Under the pieces are notes generated by a model. The model was not told where the DNA came from. It made no database searches and worked only from the letters and a program-made list of their open reading frames with translations. A stretch of DNA of 64,000 nt. Origin: Candidatus Moraniibacteriota bacterium. GTDB taxonomy: Bacteria; Patescibacteriota; Minisyncoccia; Moranbacterales; DUUL01. Shown here in pieces: positions 60,301-64,000 of the stretch; the stretch's first letter is position 1, and each line of letters opens with the position of its first letter. The DNA lies in assembly GCA_027008775.1 (NCBI GenBank), contig JALVDV010000005.1:3300-67299 (forward strand), in the 5' to 3' direction. Made by a program: the position numbers and the translations under genes.

Positions 60301-63300
60301 CAAAGGACTATTTGTTCCGATTCCCACATTTCCACTACCCACAAAGTACAAGTTATTCCCACCAAGACTAACCGTCCTGTCTCCGGTCAGTGTCCCATCG
60401 GCAGTATAAATATTATCGGTGTAAGCGGTGGATGAAGTTGTTACCCAGTTGGAACCATCCCAAGTGAGAATGTCTCCATTGCCGGGAGGAGTGGTGGAAG
60501 TATCTACGTCAGTTAGTAAATCTATGCCGGCGTTTAGACTGAAGGTTGTGCCACTGAGGTTTAAACCGGTACCGGCGGAGTAGGTGGTGTCCACATCAGC
60601 TGAACAAACAAAAGAAGTTCCGTTCCACTGTAGTTTGTCTGTGCCGGCGCAAGTGGGAGAGTTGATAGAGAATTCATTACCGGCGGAGAGATTAAGACCA
60701 TTGCCAGCGGAGTAAGTGGTGTCATCATCACCATCATCTAAACCACTGGGGCGATTTTGAATAGAAGTCCAATCGGGAGTAATGAGGGTTTGACCGGCAG
60801 CGGTTAGTCTGCCTTGTTGATCTACGGTAAAGGTGGAACTATGAGTGGCGTCTCCGTAGGAACCGGTGGTAACAGCCGTATCAGCCAAGTTAAAGGTTGT
60901 ACCACTGAGATTTAAACCGGTACCGGCGGAATAAGTTGTGTCATTATCATCGGCAGGTACCCAGTTGGAACCGTCCCATTTAAGAGTTTGTCCGTTTGTA
61001 GGAGCAGTGGTGGTGGTATCTACGTCAGAGTGTTGGTCAATGGAACCGAGGGTAACACTGCTAGCATCAACCCAATCAGTACCCGATACCGTTGAAGAAA
61101 GAATTTGTCCATTTGTGCCGGGAGAATTAGATGAGTCATAGAGCGCTCCTTCCAATCGAGCGTTTCCGGCAACATGCAGTCTTTCCGAGGGTGAGGTGGT
61201 TCCAATTCCGATGTTACCGGTCACCTTGTCAATGAGCAATCTAACATTTCCAGATGTACCGTGGGTAGATATTCCATAATCAACAATTGTGAAATCATCG
61301 CCGCTAGATCCGGCGACATTTGCCGGTCCAAAGAGCCAGGAACTTTGGACATTGGAGCCGTTGACTCGCACTTGTAGAATAGCCGGTCCATAGGTATCAT
61401 TTCTATCAAATCTGATAAAGTCGTTGCCGGAGATATGTAAAATTCTGTCTGGAGCAGGCGTCCCAATACCAACCCTGCCATTACTGGCTATTCTTACCCT
61501 TTCATTTCCCCCGGTAGTAAAGGCTAATTGATTAGTACCGGCCCTAAACATTCCAGTATCCGCATCGGAAGAAAATCTAAAAGCAGGTGAACCAGCTGTT
61601 CCATCGGAGGAAACAAATCTGGTGGCGCGAACATTACCATTTACTTGCAATTTATTTACAGGGGAGCTAGTCCCTATTCCTATATTTCCACTACCCGTAA
61701 AGTACAAATCATTCCCACCAAGACTAACCGTCCTATCTCCGGTCAAAGTCCCATCCGCCGTATAAATGTTTGTCGTGTAAGCGGTGGATGAAGTAGTTAC
61801 CCAGTTGGAACCGTCCCAAGTTAGTAAATCTCCATTACTGGGAGCATTGGTGCTTGTGTCAACATCCGTTAACAAATCTATGCCGGCGCTTAGACTAAAG
61901 GTTGTCCCGGAAAGAGAAAGTCCGGTTCCGGCGGAGTAGGTGGTGTCATTATCATCGGCGGGTACCCAGTTGGAACCGTCCCATTTAAGAGTTTGTCCGT
62001 TTGTAGGAGCAGTAGTGGAGGTGTCCACGTCGGAATGGTTATCTATAGAGCCAAGGGTTAAACTGGCCGGATCAATATAGCTGAGGGCGTTGCTACCGTT
62101 GGTTTGAACCAAATAACCATTTGTTCCATAATTGTTAGGAGTATCTGTTAAACCAACAAAGGTAGTGGAACCGACAGTGTTGGGATCGGTGTTACAAACT
62201 AAACCTGTTCCGGCTTCGTAAGTACAGAGTCTGGTATCAGTCAGGGTTCCTTCGTTAACGGAGAAGGTGTTTCCAGAAAGGTTAAGAAGAGTTCCGCTGG
62301 CAGTATAGGTAGTATCATTATCATCAGCTGGTACCCAGTTGGAACCGTCCCATTTTAGAGTTTGTCCATTTGTAGGAGCAGTGGTGGTGGTGTCTACGTC
62401 AGTTAGTAAATCTATGCCGGCGTTTAGACTGAAGGTTGTGCCACTAAGGTTTAAACCGGTGCCGGCGGAGTAAGTGGTATCCACATCACTGGAACAAACA
62501 AAAGAGGTTCCGTTCCATTGGAGTTTGTCTGTGCCGGCGCAAGTGGGAGAATTAATAGAGAAGGTGGTTCCGGTGAGAGACAAACCATTGCCGGCGGAAT
62601 ATTCGTCATTTAAAGACGAGAGATCAACATTACCACCGTTGGTCAAACTGAGAATATTGGTAATGTTATCAAAAGAAAGAGCCTGATTGTCAGTGTTATC
62701 CAAATAACCGGACAAATCTATGTTGGTAATTGTTCCGTCTTCATCGGTGTAATCAAGAGAATTTCCATTCAGAGCCAAAGAGGTGATGGTTTCGTTAATG
62801 TCTTGTACCACCCCGTTTTCATTGGTGTAGTCAGCTATTTTATGCCCGACAACTTGATTGGCAATATTTGTAACTGTTTCCAGGCTGGTAGTGGAAGCTG
62901 GCACCCAATTGTTTCCATTCCAGCTGAGAATTTGGCCGCTAACCGGTGGGTTGGTGGAAGTATCTACATCTCCCAGCTCGTTAATTGATTCAGTATTGTC
63001 TATATATTTTGACAAATTCACACTAAGTGTTCCGCCGTTGTCTGTAATGTTTAAATTGTCTCCGGAAAGATTAAAAGATAAGTTGAGTTCATTATTTGAG
63101 TCCCCGTCTTCTTCTTCTGTTAAATAACCATTGTTACTAACATAATCGTCAACTTCCGCTTCGGTAATTTTTTCAACGTCCTTTTCCACCACTTTTTCTA
63201 TTCTTCCCTGGCTGTCAACGGTTATTTGGGGGATTTTATTGGCGGAACCGAAAGTTCCCTGGGCATTCCGCCTGCTTAAACTGATTAGATTGTCGGAAAT

Positions 63301-63621
63301 GGTAATCCCTTGTCCGGCTTTTAGATTTTGAGAAGTTATTTTTACCGCTTGTTTTTTGGCCGGCGAAGCAATTTGAGAAGTTTTTGGTTGGGGAACTAAG
63401 CGAGTTTGAATGTTTAAATTTGCAGAAAAGAAATTTTTTGGTAAAGGAAAAAATAACAACAAGATTAAGAAACCAACAATTGTCAGTTGGTAGGAAATTT
63501 TTTCCTTTTTCTTCCGGAAAAATTTAAAAATGAGAATGGAAATGAATACCAAAAACAAGCCGATCAGTAAAAGCACCGGCGGAGAAAATATTGTTTCCAT
63601 TTTGAGCATTTCCCCTAGCAT
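57322..63621 (-). CDS. Giant membrane-anchored tail-fibre-like protein (2099 aa) with peptidase-S74-like intramolecular chaperone domain near the C-terminus
   Basis: Two N-terminal TM helices; repeated NWVPADDNDTTYSAGTGL modules; SSDRRLKRNIENIEPETALDKVLQLQGVSYKW...IGFIAQDVQKVLPEVV...EALKDIW matches the phage endosialidase/tail-fibre autoprocessing chaperone; C-terminal coiled-coil plus beta-sandwich shared with the 2264-aa protein. Confidence 0.85.
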   Translation of the reverse strand: MLGEMLKMETIFSPPVLLLIGLFLVFISILIFKFFRKKKEKISYQLTIVGFLILLLFFPLPKNFFSANLNIQTRLVPQPKTSQIASPAKKQAVKITSQNLKAGQGITISDNLISLSRRNAQGTFGSANKIPQITVDSQGRIEKVVEKDVEKITEAEVDDYVSNNGYLTEEEDGDSNNELNLSFNLSGDNLNITDNGGTLSVNLSKYIDNTESINELGDVDTSTNPPVSGQILSWNGNNWVPASTTSLETVTNIANQVVGHKIADYTNENGVVQDINETITSLALNGNSLDYTDEDGTITNIDLSGYLDNTDNQALSFDNITNILSLTNGGNVDLSSLNDEYSAGNGLSLTGTTFSINSPTCAGTDKLQWNGTSFVCSSDVDTTYSAGTGLNLSGTTFSLNAGIDLLTDVDTTTTAPTNGQTLKWDGSNWVPADDNDTTYTASGTLLNLSGNTFSVNEGTLTDTRLCTYEAGTGLVCNTDPNTVGSTTFVGLTDTPNNYGTNGYLVQTNGSNALSYIDPASLTLGSIDNHSDVDTSTTAPTNGQTLKWDGSNWVPADDNDTTYSAGTGLSLSGTTFSLSAGIDLLTDVDTSTNAPSNGDLLTWDGSNWVTTSSTAYTTNIYTADGTLTGDRTVSLGGNDLYFTGSGNIGIGTSSPVNKLQVNGNVRATRFVSSDGTAGSPAFRFSSDADTGMFRAGTNQLAFTTGGNERVRIASNGRVGIGTPAPDRILHISGNDFIRFDRNDTYGPAILQVRVNGSNVQSSWLFGPANVAGSSGDDFTIVDYGISTHGTSGNVRLLIDKVTGNIGIGTTSPSERLHVAGNARLEGALYDSSNSPGTNGQILSSTVSGTDWVDASSVTLGSIDQHSDVDTTTTAPTNGQTLKWDGSNWVPADDNDTTYSAGTGLNLSGTTFNLADTAVTTGSYGDATHSSTFTVDQQGRLTAAGQTLITPDWTSIQNRPSGLDDGDDDTTYSAGNGLNLSAGNEFSINSPTCAGTDKLQWNGTSFVCSADVDTTYSAGTGLNLSGTTFSLNAGIDLLTDVDTSTTPPGNGDILTWDGSNWVTTSSTAYTDNIYTADGTLTGDRTVSLGGNNLYFVGSGNVGIGTNSPLSRFDIANHIVFDKGDGNVSNGSDVWFDAQGLLSADSNMLFNIDADNNSTSEYFRWSSDSDSTTGALELMRLTEGEGLDVANHAAVGANAGIVNNQTLRVTENFNIDSNSVQIQASGIITSPTLTADRISYGGYFYLINNKTEDIANGYDSDGTAVYGFTQTNGTHTFRYNRGGLFEARNSSNATSDLGNLYGVVGVARQYASDDAADVTTIIGSYGQSVGYSGAGSTAGDINMAYGSYANVYPYKSNINTAYGIYGYISTNNGYDGDIGTAYGIRGQVRVDSDDGGDITNGYGGYFSVTKRIGANNMINATALYAAVAAANTAYAGRFYANSSNATTNYGLYINVANASTNNYGIYAESGDWILDEDGDGVAGGTGPGGDLMLGESQDLALYHNGTNSYIQNNTGDLIINGNNNNHNLIINNFDLIGIGTVSPSYDIDVDRTGSNPNRSARIRLRGSSSGYTNAALILQATSGTNYRGTGIFMHDEGGDNEWFAGRPYADSDKYIIARLDSVANVDESVAQTSNALLTVQNDGNVGIGVSSPTDTLHIAGSLRVEGALKDNNNSAGTIGQVLTATATGFEWQNPTSCVMGGAKIQGNGTITNSYGIISSVNRTNTGRYTINFSQSVNTNDYYVHLSKEESTSTRDDVNIDVSAYNTNNVQVIIHEGDNGTSANTYRDRAFSITLFDANCTALSAATSSDRRLKRNIENIEPETALDKVLQLQGVSYKWDTVRHPFRRGMDNKPEIGFIAQDVQKVLPEVVNVEKDGYLSLEYGKIMAVTVEALKDIWNNVQDNQAKLDKIKDIVQETEEERKHLSDNINSLADLNTQITATLENHEERIADLENKVNVLEEKIDSQDISLVNQEDGTVKQAIKDWAQHIAVIEKQGQKITFDLDGNLKVKNLEAEALTTAKFTVSNQDVEKKIVGEGIIPAGETKIRINNKVVNEDSHILLTPRQPINVALGKIKKGEYFEIKISEALDKDLKVQWFIINEK

Positions 63622-63664
63622 TTTGATTGATTTTTTATTTTGATTTTTGGTTTTTCTATTATCC

Positions 63665-63735
63665 GATAATTATTATTTTAGACCCTTCGTCTCGGGGATA
63701 AGACGAAGCACCCGTGGTCTAAAATAATAATTATC
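63665..63735. promoter_or_regulatory. Nested inverted repeats upstream of the giant gene: 20-bp perfect outer IR enclosing an 8-bp hairpin
   Basis: gataattattattttagacc (63665-63684) / ggtctaaaataataattatc (63716-63735) with inner cttcgtct-cggggata-agacgaag. Confidence 0.5.
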
Positions 63736-64000
63736 AGACAATAAAAAAATGGCTCACAGAAATGAACCACCCCTTTTGTGTTTTGATAAACCCCCTAATA
63801 TGAGTTTGTACTGACATTTTAGCACAAAAACCGCTAATAGTCAATTGGAATTTTTGCCGGTTTTTCGGCTGATTTTCCCATTTTTTTATTTTTTCTGTTT
63901 GAACCGTAGTTGGGTCGGTTTTTTTTGATTATCAACATATTATCCACAAGAAAAATCCTTTTAATTAGCCATTTTTGTTGAATTTGACAAAATTTTTCAA

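Noticed and set aside
1-64000. Alternative genetic code (UGA-as-Gly, code 25, as in some CPR lineages)
   Set aside because: Long genes (rpoB, rpoC, cas12a, the giant ORFs) are uninterrupted and terminate cleanly under the standard code. The only in-frame stop noticed is a TAA in the NUDIX gene, which no known bacterial code reassigns

Overview
The window is AT-rich (about 36-40% GC overall), almost all genes are on the minus strand, and it carries many very large surface or membrane proteins. This is consistent with a reduced-genome, CPR/Patescibacteria-like bacterium (inference only). The left third is housekeeping: a pyrE-like OPRTase in an anomalously GC-rich patch, typA/bipA, dus, rpsT, rpoC and rpoB. 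A small accessory segment follows (hypothetical protein, TrmB-like regulator, GNAT-domain protein, a NUDIX gene carrying an in-frame TAA, a lipoprotein). The centre is a complete type V-A CRISPR-Cas locus on the minus strand. It has a 37-repeat array with the Cas12a-type repeat (crRNA strand ...AAUUUCUACUUUUGUAGAU), then cas2, cas1, cas4 and a 1458-aa Cas12a. Inserted between cas12a and cas4 is a second 1189-aa effector. It has a Cas12a-like N-terminus, RuvC-I/II/III motifs and a C-terminal CxxC...CxxC zinc ribbon, but no Cas12a Nuc domain. That architecture matches the recently described Cas12a2 (RNA-triggered abortive-infection nuclease that shares Cas12a crRNAs). The right half carries tRNA-Gly(UCC) and two tandem paralog pairs (GT39-like glycosyltransferases; membrane-anchored metallophosphoesterases). 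It also has a HIT-family gene broken by a homopolymer frameshift, a GC-rich structured element that doubles as a small ORF, and a surface-appendage cluster. That cluster contains two giant (2264 and 2099 aa) tail-fibre-like secreted proteins with phage-type intramolecular-chaperone (peptidase S74-like) C-terminal modules, an adjacent cohesin/dockerin gene pair, and a HepT/MntA toxin-antitoxin module. No rRNA, integrase or transposase was seen. Standard genetic code is assumed because long ORFs are uninterrupted.
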